This document shows positions 51,101-62,100 of a DNA stretch of 64,000 bases, piece after piece; positions within the stretch are counted from its first letter, which is position 1; every line of letters begins with the position of its first letter. Below the pieces are notes generated by a model that was not told where the DNA came from, did no database searches, and worked only from the letters and a program-made list of their open reading frames with translations. The position numbers and the translations under genes were made by a program. This DNA comes from Trypanosoma brucei (taxonomy: Eukaryota): positions 1,312,001-1,376,000 of the forward strand of contig CM000207.1 of assembly GCA_000002445.1 (NCBI GenBank), given 5' to 3'.

Positions 51101-54100
51101 TTCGTCAACGTCCACGTGCCGTGCCGACGGCTCAGTCGTCAGTGTCGTGTATGAAGTATTGCTCTCCGCTAAAGTGTTCAGGTCCTGTCTCACGGCTCTA
51201 CTGGAGGGGCGACTGCCTGCATCCACGTTAGCCGCACCATCGGCCTCCCACCACGCAACGTAATCCGGGGTAAACAACGCCGAAACCGTAGACCGCACAG
51301 GAGCGGCAGCATACAACTGTGAAGATGAAGGCTTTACTTCAACTCGCGTCTGCCGCGACAGTGAGGAAGCGGTAGATAAATCCGTTATCAAACGCTCTTC
51401 ATTCTGTAGTGTCAGTTTCTGGGGTGTTAGGGGCTCTGCACTTGCTGCTGGTAAGGCGGGCTGGGACACGGAAGCAGGCGAACGAATAGCTGCGGGGGCA
51501 TCTGACAAAGATTCCTTTGAAGGGGGCCCCTGCAGCACGGGTTCAGTTGTCTTTGACGGCATCAATGCGTGCACACGTACGGGTGGTGAGATGGTGCAAA
51601 GTTGCTGAAAGAGAGCGGCGCCAAGCTGGGGAGAAAGTTCGTCTGCAGGTTCCGAACCACTATCGCAACAACTGAAGATCCGCTTGCGGGTATGTTCAAC
51701 ACACTCCGTGTGCGCCTCCACGGTGCGTTCGAGTGGCCATACTGCATCCACCCAATCGGTATTCACTAAACGCCGACGAGACTCCAGGTCGTGACTTCCC
51801 GGCCAGTCGGGTACATCGGCACCACCACCCCTCGACCAGATAAAGTAGTCTGTCCCCTTCATGTTGCCAGAACGGGCGGTTGCCACCTCGTACCTCCCAA
51901 GTGGTTCCAGGGGTCGCTGACAATGAGGGCCCTCACCGTCAGATTGCTGTATTTTGGTCAAAGAGTCCACCACACCGTGTTGATACCGACTAAGTGATGC
52001 AACCGTTGTGCTTCTGACGCCAGACAACTCCAACATCTCCAACAAGAGGGTGGCCAGTCCACAGTTACGAGTGCAGGTTTCCACTGACTTCTTAGCCACG
52101 TCCACGCACCGCCACTGCAGTGCTTCTACAGGCAGTGACGTCCCCTTAAGACCGTTAATAATGTGTAACAATTCTTTGCAAGCATGGACGACTGAACTAG
52201 CGTCCTCAAGATCCTGCAAAAGTTCAGTAACTTTGTCCTCCGATTGGTACGAAAAACTGACGAGGCCTAATAGGCGGAAACACAGAACAAATGTGCGAGA
52301 CACAACTGATCCGCCGGAAGATACCTGCATGAAGACTGACCCTGCGTCATGTTGCGCCGCGTTGGCGGAGACCAAGCAGGCAGCGACATCCCCTACTTTG
52401 TACGGTGACCATACCTCAACGGCGGCCCACAATTTCTCGAGCTTCAACAACAGAATTCGCAATCTCTCGCGACAGGTTCCCACAGATACATCTCGGAGCG
52501 GGTCCTTTACTTCGTCGAGGAGAAGAGCAGCCATCACGCTTGCAGAGTAATTATTTTGCGCTGCTATTACACGGTCTGTCATTGCGTGCAGCACAGCAGC
52601 GATTATGAGCGCCCGCAGCTCGCCGCTGAGAACATCCCCCATACACTGCCATAGACTCGTGTTGAAATTGTCGTCGTTTACTGAGCCATTGCACAGCACC
52701 TGCATAATATGTGAAGGCGTGGTGCCTGACAGTATCCGTCTGAAAAGCTCTGCTTCTGTTAGGGACACTGAAGCTGCACAATCCGCAAGCAGAGATGTGT
52801 TGTCATTGAGTGATCCAAGCTCCACCATCTGCTGCGCCATGGGAAGCGCGAACACCTGCACGAACGTGAACATGGCGTGGTAACGTCGCGCCGAGAGCAT
52901 AGCCAGTAATGCAGCGGCGCAGGGGGGTGTTTGCTGAGTGTCGGGTGCAGAAACACAGAGAAGGTCTGCAGAAAGCGCAAGTGTATAATCGAACAGTTCC
53001 GACTCATTTGTGACTGACGGCGAGACCAACACAGCGGTGCTTGCGGTCCGGCTCGTGCAGCACCGTAGCTGACCAACCTCGTTGATGTCCACAAAAACTT
53101 CCACGTCCAAACACGAGGCGAGAAGAACGACCCCAAGCGCGTGTATAATGTGAGAAGTGTTTGCTCTCGCGGAGACAACATGCGTTCCGTCAGACATGAT
53201 AGTCACTGAAACCATTCGTCGCACACATTCCTCAGCGAGTGGAAGTGCGATGCGCTCCGCCAAATTATCCAGTACAAAGAGTACCTCATCGTCAAGCTTC
53301 CTCGCGAAACTCTTCCAGGTTAACTTCAGCTCATCGGATACGACACTCAAAAGCCTTTCCGTTGCTCGTTCCTTCTCTTCCTCCGTACCCTGGCATTGTG
53401 CATAGCAATCCAGAAGACTGATGAAAAAGTGGTCGGTATAAACCACCGTGTTGTCACGACCGCGCTTCGCCAACATCTTCTGAACAAGCAACGCAACGTT
53501 CCACAGCAACCTCCAGTCCTCCACCTCCTGGGGTGGAGCTGCGGCCAAAATCCCCTGAAACACACGCTGAACCAAAAACGCTTCACTCTGCGTGGAACCT
53601 GCGCACTGCAGCATTGGAAGCAACTTTTGAAACACTGCCTGCAGGACACCTATCTCATCTTCCTCCGCAAGTTCGTCAATGAACTGAAGGCAACGAGCAA
53701 GTGAAACAGCGCGTCGCTCAGGCCCTCCTTCACCACTGGAAAGAAAACTAAAAACGTCACGCGGTATGTCCTCACCCACGGAAAGACCCGTAACCCTCAG
53801 TCCCACGCTTAGAATGCCATTAGTGCACACGAATTCGCTGTTTGAGACCTGAAGGAGATGTGTTGCGCACGCAAATCCTTCGCTGTAGAGGGAAGTATCA
53901 CCACGCAATTTCGAAGGGAGGCAGAACGGCACTGTGTTATTGGTTCGATTATCATCTGCAAATACAGCAAAAGCACCACCAAACATTTCGGAAGCGTACA
54001 GTCGGTAATCCTGGGAAAGCAAAACAACTAAGTCAACGCTGCCACTTTCTTGCCCTGTTGGGTGTGGTAAACTTAACCACATCACGCCACGCGGAATGCC

Positions 54101-55135
54101 AGAAATGCTAAGCCTTGTGCAGCTGGCCATCATATCCATATTCAGCGGGGAGCGCCGCAGGTGTGTGACGTAGCTGTGGCCACCAACGGAAACAAAAGCA
54201 GCGTAACGTAGCTGCTGCTTGTCAACATATAATTGGCAGCGTGGATGGGCGTAATCACTGACTTCGCCCTCTGGCACACGGAAGATCTGACTCTGGTAAC
54301 GCGTGTGAAGTGTTGCATCACGATCGTTCAGGGAAAAAATGATTTCCTGCATTGTAACACAAAATGGTGCAGCTGCAGACCGCGGCGGACCTCCGCCATG
54401 CACAGTTTTTTTATTGCTGCTGTCACCGTCCATATACGTCTGATCGAACACCGAAAGCGCCAATTCAACTGTCGGCGCTGACACAGCGCTCGTCACGCTC
54501 GCGGGGGACCCAACGGAACACCTCGCGACCGATACCACACGCTCGCTTTGAATGCATATGCAGTTGGGTATACCGAATGCTTCTTCCAACCTGAAGCGCC
54601 GCCATAGTTTTCCTTCAAGGGACCCAATTATCACATGCATATCACCCATGGGGGCGGCCAGCAGCGCAACAACCACAAGACCAGATGTCGTCTGCTTGAG
54701 ACACGATCGATGGATATGAAGTTGTGAGGTAAATCTTTTACCTTTATCATCAGCCGGTAGCAAAGGCGCGACAATAGTCTCGAAGTCTTCGCTATAATCC
54801 TTAGGAGAACCGACAAGGTGTGTCGGCTTTGGCACACTGTGTTCCATCATTGCGAGTCCAAGTTGCCGTCCCTTGTCGTGATGGAAAAACACAATCGTGT
54901 AGAGGCTGTCACATGCCGCGTCCACAACACGAGTGACGTACTTTCCTGCACCGTGTAAAGCCACGACCCCCTTTTTCTCGCGCCAAAAGCGCAGCTCGGC
55001 AACTTTTTCATCGAGAAACAGGACGTAAAGCTCCTCCCCTTGCTTTCTGAAACAGTCGATGATTCGTGTGCGGCCCGGCTTTTTTCCAGTGCCCATGCAC
55101 ATGGCTGCGGAGGGTGAGAGCGCTACCACATTCAT
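48161..55135 (-). CDS. Giant hypothetical protein (~2,324 aa). The structured N-terminal ~1,150 aa have a beta-rich start followed by long helical repeat-like sequence. The C-terminal ~1,100 aa are S/P/A/T/V-rich and predicted disordered, with an embedded Cys/His cluster.
   Basis: The track start at 55240 is GTG inside an AT-rich tract. The first ATG is at 55135-55133 (MNVVALSPSAAMCMGTGKKPG). The Cys/His cluster is HSHHRCKRHSGQRYRCAKHRTCDICGSRG. It ends ...RRERERLDTLALHTSKRLAELQKALS-stop. Confidence 0.6.
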   Translation of the reverse strand: MNVVALSPSAAMCMGTGKKPGRTRIIDCFRKQGEELYVLFLDEKVAELRFWREKKGVVALHGAGKYVTRVVDAACDSLYTIVFFHHDKGRQLGLAMMEHSVPKPTHLVGSPKDYSEDFETIVAPLLPADDKGKRFTSQLHIHRSCLKQTTSGLVVVALLAAPMGDMHVIIGSLEGKLWRRFRLEEAFGIPNCICIQSERVVSVARCSVGSPASVTSAVSAPTVELALSVFDQTYMDGDSSNKKTVHGGGPPRSAAAPFCVTMQEIIFSLNDRDATLHTRYQSQIFRVPEGEVSDYAHPRCQLYVDKQQLRYAAFVSVGGHSYVTHLRRSPLNMDMMASCTRLSISGIPRGVMWLSLPHPTGQESGSVDLVVLLSQDYRLYASEMFGGAFAVFADDNRTNNTVPFCLPSKLRGDTSLYSEGFACATHLLQVSNSEFVCTNGILSVGLRVTGLSVGEDIPRDVFSFLSSGEGGPERRAVSLARCLQFIDELAEEDEIGVLQAVFQKLLPMLQCAGSTQSEAFLVQRVFQGILAAAPPQEVEDWRLLWNVALLVQKMLAKRGRDNTVVYTDHFFISLLDCYAQCQGTEEEKERATERLLSVVSDELKLTWKSFARKLDDEVLFVLDNLAERIALPLAEECVRRMVSVTIMSDGTHVVSARANTSHIIHALGVVLLASCLDVEVFVDINEVGQLRCCTSRTASTAVLVSPSVTNESELFDYTLALSADLLCVSAPDTQQTPPCAAALLAMLSARRYHAMFTFVQVFALPMAQQMVELGSLNDNTSLLADCAASVSLTEAELFRRILSGTTPSHIMQVLCNGSVNDDNFNTSLWQCMGDVLSGELRALIIAAVLHAMTDRVIAAQNNYSASVMAALLLDEVKDPLRDVSVGTCRERLRILLLKLEKLWAAVEVWSPYKVGDVAACLVSANAAQHDAGSVFMQVSSGGSVVSRTFVLCFRLLGLVSFSYQSEDKVTELLQDLEDASSVVHACKELLHIINGLKGTSLPVEALQWRCVDVAKKSVETCTRNCGLATLLLEMLELSGVRSTTVASLSRYQHGVVDSLTKIQQSDGEGPHCQRPLEPLGRYEVATARSGNMKGTDYFIWSRGGGADVPDWPGSHDLESRRRLVNTDWVDAVWPLERTVEAHTECVEHTRKRIFSCCDSGSEPADELSPQLGAALFQQLCTISPPVRVHALMPSKTTEPVLQGPPSKESLSDAPAAIRSPASVSQPALPAASAEPLTPQKLTLQNEERLITDLSTASSLSRQTRVEVKPSSSQLYAAAPVRSTVSALFTPDYVAWWEADGAANVDAGSRPSSRAVRQDLNTLAESNTSYTTLTTEPSARHVDVDERSILNTRHSHHRCKRHSGQRYRCAKHRTCDICGSRGVSPSVYHAVLPRKRLVYPLNPSADEGGRAIRLLKFESTLEPPPLPSSMADSFPKQTAGRRLDLEDARIRALPQLLSLRSKPRVPHVTLFALGKINTACDQTLDNVGSSRRLAGLPQFSAPSASLAAPQSLLPPPVPPSDVFVRPPSLLTLHVPTAVSASPSPSVVNGKRVQCVVSSCTQEHEDKRIMDDEMLVPETTLFATESAEGPKVSAVTTGQIMELPTQGPTVAAPSSGVPPPLHNVADSANALPGKEVMVGLAGTTPVGTGDVAPSPAPLPTSVSKQAILTPSEAVAFNRYVDEIKMRGPGALGTSAGAVLVPVPVTVTANMAVPECVPAPTPMHPSAPASSLGQAPSTTAGGAMCVPVGMPSTEVKRDNEILDVVREMLVKHEEIQATNFQALMEAVRSKPQEFSSYPRAEVASDERSQVGLSAIEQAQLLRHTIQQKDRLLEMNQELLDIHSRAQRLAAAAPVVQAPRYTAMCVGQPVKVENDTMPLQPAPPPVVTLPLQSDTVSAQEKRAVESPAIIQTDPSSGAKENEDSVARSFPAPIGTVSPSTYPVSRGIPSTQTMDLTFSSLNQMNAELLRANTTAEDMERAIQQSRTLLQKQSSLQFAHASAVEGSAMLDVARSRTAALEQQLITLNAPSFWRIESTQRNDEQPACREQPSVCTNASSTAEGYITDEVNGTTSGSPSPTRFRFTNETTTEAEWLGSGQQRGSLVTRPSPQKQYQQTAEYTFDAQAGSDLAPSASPLAVSGSPVSFVTVVPTREVYPSDVPTWHEHKRAGAVSHTVATPLLALDSCLLQCQPRKSSTVPSVVADLSQLYGSAPSRPSEKPKSKSVSPAKRRVGIASGRPTNKPVPERFNMYAAVTAAKKTPNRRTASAKRTITPTNRPPWLGTGPAPASSGHMLKAGGANARYSRRERERLDTLALHTSKRLAELQKALS

Positions 55136-55419
55136 TTTCGTTTCTTCCAAAGGAAGAAGAGTAACGAACCAAAGTAAGTACGATGGGTGTCGACTTCGTT
55201 TTAAAAATAAATAAATAAAATCCAGATGAAAGCCTTGCACCGGTTGTGTGCACTTCTACGTGTGAATGGGAGAAGAGTCTGGCAGAAAGAAATGGGGAAA
55301 AAGCAAATGTAGGCGCATGTATACGTTAAGAACGGAACGACAAAATTAAAAGGGTGACCAATGATAACTGCGGATTACACGATTACTTCACTTTCGTGTT
55401 TGCCACCCAACCCACTATT

Positions 55420-55421
<2 letters not shown>

Positions 55422-55461
<40 letters not shown>
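55422..55461. repeat. (AC)n microsatellite, ~20 units
   Basis: acacacacacacacacacacacacacacacacacacacac read directly, in the intergenic region between the giant ORF and the CCA-enzyme gene. Confidence 0.95.
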
Positions 55462-55463
<2 letters not shown>

Positions 55464-55475
55464 AGCTGCAAGAGG

Positions 55476-57056
55476 TTAGGAGGAACCTCCCTGTCTTAAC
55501 CAATGAATCATATCATCCTTCGAAGCCTGAGGATGCAACATGAGGTACTGACGCAGGGCGAGAAGCGCAGGCCCTATTTGCGGTGGTTCAAGTGGAACCA
55601 GTTTTGCCAGTTCGTTTCCCCTCAGAGGCAGCGGCCGTGAGAAGGCGTCAAGGAGTCCGGGTACCTGCTCTAGAGCCAACAGCAGGCGGTCAACAACACA
55701 CCCCGAACCCTCAACGTCACCGCCGGCCAGTAGATCACAACGATGCTCAATAAGGATAAAGGCTGCAAAGACTATGTTAAATGCTGATGGAATTGTCTTC
55801 TTGTCATTAAGGTCGTTTAATCCCTTAAATATCGCGAGCTTCGCTGCCGTTGTAACTTCGCCGTCGGAAATTTCACATACATTCAGTCCCTCCCTCTTTA
55901 GGGTGTTATAACACTCTATCATCCGCCGAACGGTGTTGTAGGACGACACTGGCAGTTTCAATCCGTTTACACATAAAGCGTACAGGCGGTCCTCAATCTG
56001 GCTTTGAGAAACTCCCCGATAAAAGCCCAAACAGCTAATGAAAATCATTGCAATCAGCTTGTCCGGTGAATCTGGTGAAAGTTGCACTTTCGAACCACTC
56101 CTTGAGAAAAGGGGGACCAATGTTCGGTTCAATGACAAGAGGCACTCAAGGCCAGTAGAGCCCGCCTCACCGTTGTAGGCCAGGTGTTCCGTTCGCTCCA
56201 CCTCGGCAGTAACACATCCCTTTTTACTGCTTTTGAGATGGAGCTCCACTAAAATGACCTCCCGAAGGAGGTTTAGTTCGTGAAGTGTTTCAATGCACTT
56301 CTCTGCGAATGGTCCTGAAAGCATTTTCACCAACTCTTTCCCCACACGTTCCCTTGAAACCTTCAAGGTCACCTTTTTCAACAACTCTTTGTCTACACAA
56401 CGAAAAATTGACTCATCCAACACAAACCCCAACTCACCTAACTGACCGACGAATCGAACGCCGCGGAGCAATCGCAGGGGATCATCAGTGAGTGTTTCCT
56501 TCGGGTCCAATGGGCAGCGAAGAATGCGGCGGTCCAAATCCTCCAACCCTGTAGTGTAGTCCTCCACTTCCTTAGTATGGAGATTATAGAAGAGCGCATT
56601 GACGGTGTAATCACGCCGTAAGGCATCCTCTACTGTGGTAGCTGGTCGGACAACCGGAATGCGTGAATCCGACCTGGTGTACTCATCGTGCCTAAGTGCG
56701 CAGAACTCTATTGGGGTATCATACACACACACTGTTGCTGTTTCAATGTGCTTCGATAGTTCGGGGTTCACACGAATCACGCTGACTGTTCGTGCTGTCA
56801 TCCCAAGCGCTTCCTGGTGGGAGGCGACTTCACGCGCGAAGAGTTCACCAGAGACGTGTCTTGTGGTAGCTGATTCAATAGCGATGTCGATATCTTGCGA
56901 GTGCAATCCGAGTAGGGAATCACGCACCCAGCCACCAGCAACGCGCAGAGTGGCGTTTATGTTTCGCTCTTCATTGACACGAAGTAGAAAATCAAATATT
57001 TTCTCGTGTGCCACTGCAACAGGTTTGCTCAATCTAACCTTCTTTGGTAGCAACAT
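55476..57056 (-). CDS. CCA-adding tRNA nucleotidyltransferase (class II nucleotidyltransferase / poly(A) polymerase head domain family)
   Basis: Head-domain signature RVAGGWVRDSLLGLHSQDIDIA (GGxVRD...DxD), followed by RRDYTVNALFY (RRD/TINA motif region). The track start at 57083 is TTG. The first ATG is at 57056-57054 (MLLPKKVRLSKPVAV), which is basic and possibly a dual-targeting presequence. Confidence 0.8.
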   Translation of the reverse strand: MLLPKKVRLSKPVAVAHEKIFDFLLRVNEERNINATLRVAGGWVRDSLLGLHSQDIDIAIESATTRHVSGELFAREVASHQEALGMTARTVSVIRVNPELSKHIETATVCVYDTPIEFCALRHDEYTRSDSRIPVVRPATTVEDALRRDYTVNALFYNLHTKEVEDYTTGLEDLDRRILRCPLDPKETLTDDPLRLLRGVRFVGQLGELGFVLDESIFRCVDKELLKKVTLKVSRERVGKELVKMLSGPFAEKCIETLHELNLLREVILVELHLKSSKKGCVTAEVERTEHLAYNGEAGSTGLECLLSLNRTLVPLFSRSGSKVQLSPDSPDKLIAMIFISCLGFYRGVSQSQIEDRLYALCVNGLKLPVSSYNTVRRMIECYNTLKREGLNVCEISDGEVTTAAKLAIFKGLNDLNDKKTIPSAFNIVFAAFILIEHRCDLLAGGDVEGSGCVVDRLLLALEQVPGLLDAFSRPLPLRGNELAKLVPLEPPQIGPALLALRQYLMLHPQASKDDMIHWLRQGGSS

Positions 57057-57243
57057 CACTGAAAAAAATAAAAGAAGAAACAAAGAGGAATGATTTGCAC
57101 GAGAGTGGAAAGCAGCAAAGAGGAAATCCCTGAGGGACCGTCAAAAAAAGCCAAACCCACGTCATTCCACCTTCTGGGAGAAAAAACGTTGAATTTCGCA
57201 GCACCATTCATTCGGTGAGTGAAGTCACATACATGGGTGTCCT

Positions 57244-57786
57244 CTAACTTTCTTGCAGGCTCGCTGCCCTCAGTTTCTCCAACGCTTCGGCGTTCGCTTG
57301 AGCAAGGTCACGAAGCTTTACTCGCCACTTTACATCAATCTTTGTGTTATCAATAACCAAGGAACACACTCTAGGGTTATCCTCTAAAAGAGCATAAAGA
57401 CTAACCGCAGCACCTTCGCTGATGTAATTGTCAGAAACATTGAGACGCTCGAGCGTCGGGTGTTTCACCAGTGTAATGCATAAAGCCCGAATGGCATTGT
57501 TACGAAGGCCATTTTCGGCAAGGTTGAGCTCCTTCAGATTTTGGCACCGCTCCACAACAGCGAACAGAGGAAGAGCCCCCTTGTCACCCAGGTAGTTGGA
57601 GCTAACATCAATACTCTCAATTACCGTGCACGCAGTGTACTGGGAGAGGATATCAAGCATACCACTGTTCGGGCTTATACGGGATTCCACACATGCCTTT
57701 ACGTATACATCCCGCGGTGGAACCGGCCTCGGTCGGATGATCTTGCTACCTGTTTTCCTTAATGGCCTCGCGCTGCGGGGAGGCAT
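57244..57786 (-). CDS. Small leucine-rich-repeat (RNI-like LRR) protein, ~180 aa
   Basis: Consecutive LRRs ...CQNLKELNLAENGLRNNAIRALCITLVKHPTLERLNVSDNYISEGAAVSLYALLEDNPRVCSLVIDNTKI. The track start at 57804 is GTG. The first ATG is at 57786-57784 (MPPRSARPLR). Confidence 0.6.
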   Translation of the reverse strand: MPPRSARPLRKTGSKIIRPRPVPPRDVYVKACVESRISPNSGMLDILSQYTACTVIESIDVSSNYLGDKGALPLFAVVERCQNLKELNLAENGLRNNAIRALCITLVKHPTLERLNVSDNYISEGAAVSLYALLEDNPRVCSLVIDNTKIDVKWRVKLRDLAQANAEALEKLRAASLQES

Positions 57787-59135
57787 TCGCTCCTTAACCC
57801 TCACTGCCCCTCACGGTTGCGAAAGCACCCGCTCTTTGGGTGCAAATAGGAAATAAACAAAATTAAAGCAAAGCAAAGGCGATGAAGCAACGTCGCGGAG
57901 ATATGCAACACGAAAGCACATGAACACGTATGCACAAGCCTGAATGGGGTGCCACTGTCACCTTTCACTACAGGAAGAAAAATGATGCCCCGGGGGGGGG
58001 CATATGACCCTCAACCTCGTACTACGCTAGTTTCCAAGAGGGAGCAAGTATTTCCCAAACAAACGATACTTCACAAAGAAACAAAAAAAACCTACTGAAT
58101 ATGCGATTTGCCCTTCCCTTGGAATATACTGGTCGCTACGCCCATATCGTCTTCTGTCCCTGAACTACGGAGCCGCACTGCTGTCCATACATCTTAGTAC
58201 TTCCACCACAGGAACGGGGAATTGTCCTTCGACAATGTTCCCTTGCTATTCACGCACGGGTAGACGCGGTTCATTCCAGTCACCAGGGAGTACGAAGCGA
58301 AGACGCATCCAACAGCCGAAAATGCACAAAGGGCGTAAAAGCCCTTAAGCGTATTTGCCATCGTACGCTGGCCGCGGGCGAAAGTAGTTTGCTCATGACC
58401 CAATGGCTCCTTAATGAGTTGGTGGCCAAGACGGGAGTACGACCGACGAAGCATTCTTCACTTTATCGTAGAAGGTGCAATAGTATGCCAATGTATATGC
58501 GCGTCTCCTACGTGCAATCACTATGGGGAAAAACCTAGCAGTTGTAATGTAAGTGCACAAATCTGCGAGTTTCGTGGACAAATAAAAAGAATGGGGGAAA
58601 CCAAGCGAGCTAAACATGTACACAACGACTTGGGATAGAAGGCGGTAACGCATTGCAAACATATATCATTTGTTTTCGTTTTACCTAATTCACACCTCTT
58701 TTCACGTACTTACACTTATTTATATGATTATGCCTCCTGAAAATTTACTGGGGGTTCGGTACAGGGCACGTTACACTTACTTTGCCTCGTACAACAAACA
58801 TGAGAAGAGGTGAAGTGATTCAATTGGTGTGGGTAAAAAACGGTATCGGTCAGCGCATAAGTGCGCGTGTACACATGTATATAATTCTCTTATTCTTATA
58901 TAAGGGTTCAAAAGAATCTGTGCGCCACAACCGTGGGTATTCCACAGTCGCCTAAAACAAACAAACAGAACCACAGCATTACACCACGCCATACAGCCTG
59001 GCTTGTGTTGGCATACTGTTGCACATGCGACGCCATCCTCTCCAGGCTCTCCGTTTTGGGCCAAGGCAAATAGAAAACGGGTCTCAAAATAAAAAAAAGT
59101 GGTTTTAACACATTATTTTTTCCTCTCCTCCTTCA

Positions 59136-62100
59136 CTAAACCGCTGAATCTATCAAACCTTCTCGTTCTTCTCCCGCAACAACAGCCAGTTGATCTATAA
59201 CCGTTGGCCAAAGAGTTATAGGGAGGCGTTTCTCTATCTTAAAGTAGCCTGATGGAGTCAACGCCTGATTCTTCAGTGCTTTGGCAAACCGCTCCTTCTC
59301 AGGAGTCCACAATGGATGGCGAGTTTCCACCGGCTTCGTCTCCAGTGGTTTAAGCTCCATTTGTTTCTGCGCCAAGATAAGAAACTCATCGTCGTCCCCA
59401 CCGAGTAAGTCAGCCCAGCTGGTCGGTTGTGCATTCTTCGCTGCCTCAGTTGCCGCACGCTCCTTGTTTGCAAGTGCCTCAGACCGGAGCTCGTTATAGC
59501 GCTGGAGGGCGTGCAGCTTGCTTTTTTTCGGGAGTGATTGATATTCTTCACGAATGAACTCTAGCAACGATCTCGTGTCCATCTCCTCCTTCGCCAGTGT
59601 TACATTGTCCCCTGAGTCAACGAGAATGGTCAGTAGCGTCGGGTAGAAAATATGACGGCCCGTCGTAAAATATTGAAAGGGCATGGTGGAAAGTATCTTT
59701 GACAGCAGTGACTTGCCCTTCCCCCAGGCAAAGATGTCCTGAATTTCTGGATCCTGTATGGAGAGGTAGCCTATCAAAAGTAAGCATTCGTGTAACGCGC
59801 CGCGCAGGTTATTTTGTTGGCGGTTTGTCACGGAAACCTTCCCGGACGTTGCACAACTAATGGCTTCCGTTCTGGCAAGCAGCGGCATTTGCTCTGCCGA
59901 CACACCAAACTTCAATGCCTCCTCAAATGAGCCTCCAACAGCACCACGGGCAGGATTTTCTTCCTTAATCGCTTCCAAGCTGTCTGTGTGAGATTGTACG
60001 TATGTAAAGAACCCGTTAAGCATATGGAACAACTCAGTTCTTGTGAACGTGTTCGACGACTCCGTGGGTATGGTATTAGAACCAGAATGAGCGCCCGTCC
60101 GCTTGTTGGTGGGGGAATCGTGAAGTAGTTCCTGCAGTGTTTCCAGATTCCACCTAGCGAGGCAGTTTAAGGCATTAAATGCAACACAAACTACGGTAAC
60201 CCGCCGAGCACTAAGCACTGGACTCAGCTCACTCAAGGAGCAGCCGTTGGGTGTTAATATATTCTGAAGAAGGGCAAAAAAAGAGGATGCTGCTTCTTGA
60301 ACCAAAGCAATTGGGCACCCACCCTTTCTACGATTCAATATGCTTATTTTCGAGCTCAGAATCCGCGTCGCGCTATGTGCGACATCTAAGTCCTCTTCAT
60401 CCGAGCACACTTTTACAACGGCGATGCAGTACTTTTCTATGTTGGTTGAGTCAAAACTGCTAAGCAACAGCTCTCTCACTGACGACAAACTGGTATCCGC
60501 TTGCACGGCTGACGTGACGCCTTCAAAACACAAGTGTAGTGCTTCGAGCATAGCGTCGAGCGGAACGGAACGTGACTGACGCTTCAAGCCCTTAATTTCC
60601 TCACTAATACACTGCAGGAGAGGGGCAAGATTACCCGAGCGAACAAAAGATACTATGTGCTTTCTCCCTTCATTTTTGTCTGCAAGAAAACGCAGAAGTG
60701 CCTCGTGTGCAAGCCGAAGAACAGACATGTTATTCGTCCGCCTCGATTCCAGTATTACGCCAATTATGTTTTCATACGCATTAAAATACCGCATGTATTC
60801 ATGGTCAGTATCCCCGAGGTCCGGCGCCTCTAGAATTTCCCGCAGCGATTGCCGGACCTGAGTCACAGGGGCTGGCGAAATGCCTGAGCCTAACCGGGAA
60901 ATAGTCAACTTCAACTTACTGCGGTTCAGGTCCTTTTGATCTATCAAGCTCTCCCTTTGATATTTATCGATAAAGCTCCTCCCCTGGCGCGTGATCATCG
61001 ACAATACTTTCAAAAACTTTTGCTCCATTTCCTCTCCCTCCTCCCGTGGAATGGTGGGCATCAACTCGGCAATTGTGAGCTTGGTGTCGGGTTCACGCTC
61101 CTTGCGCTGCCTCGCTTCCTTGATTTTTTGCTCCTGCTCCTCCAGTTTTTGCCGCAATTTCGTAATCTTTTCTTCACGGAGTTGGGCACTTTGTTGTATG
61201 CGTTCCTCAGCCTTTCTGCTCCGGGCCTCGGCTTCAGCGGAGGCTGCCCTTTGACGCTGTTGAACCTTTTTTTCCCATTCCTCAGCACGTTGTCCCTTCA
61301 TGTCCTTTTCTAGTTTCTTTTGCTCTTCAAGACGTCTTAGGTTCTCGCGTCTTTGCTGCTCTCTCTGTCGTTGCCGCTCCATACGTTCTTGGCCGAGGCT
61401 TCGTCTCCTCTCAGCAGCAGCGAGTATGGCTTCGTTTCGCTCCTGTGCCAATCGTTGGAGTTCCTCCCTTTTCTGCTCCTGGTTGTGTTCCACCTCTGAC
61501 ATTTTCCGATCAAGCAAAAGTACCTTCGCTTGGTGGCGCAACTCATTGTTGAGTCGCACCTCCTCAACACGAGAGATCCCTCGCCGCGCACGTTCCTTTG
61601 TCTGCTCCCTTGCCTCTTCAACGCGCCGGGCACCACTTTCGAGGCGTTCCATTGTGTCGATACGTAGCCGCTCCTCCGCCTGCCTGCGCCGCTCCTTTGC
61701 AAGTGCACCCCTCTCTTCAGCTGCCTCTAATTTCAGCTTCATCTCTTGAATTTTCTCTAACCGTTTTTCTTCCGCTATACGCTGCCGCTCCTCACTTCGA
61801 AGTGCTGACGCGTGTCTCGCCGCAAGAATCTCCTCGCGCTGCTGCTCCTCGTCGGCGATCGGCTTCGGTGAGATCTTCTTGTTCTTAACCAAACTTTGTT
61901 TCACAGCGCGTAGCCAGCCGCTAATTTCACGCTCTGGCTTCTCCTGTTCATCGGTGCCGGAACGCTCGGGTTTGGGACACTTCGCGTTTGATGTGTCGGC
62001 CTCAGCCTCCCGCTGCACCCTTTCGCATTTGGCAGCTTTGGCAACCTTCAATGCACGCAGCCCGTCCTCCACAACGTTGATAAAGTCATCCGCCGAAGAT

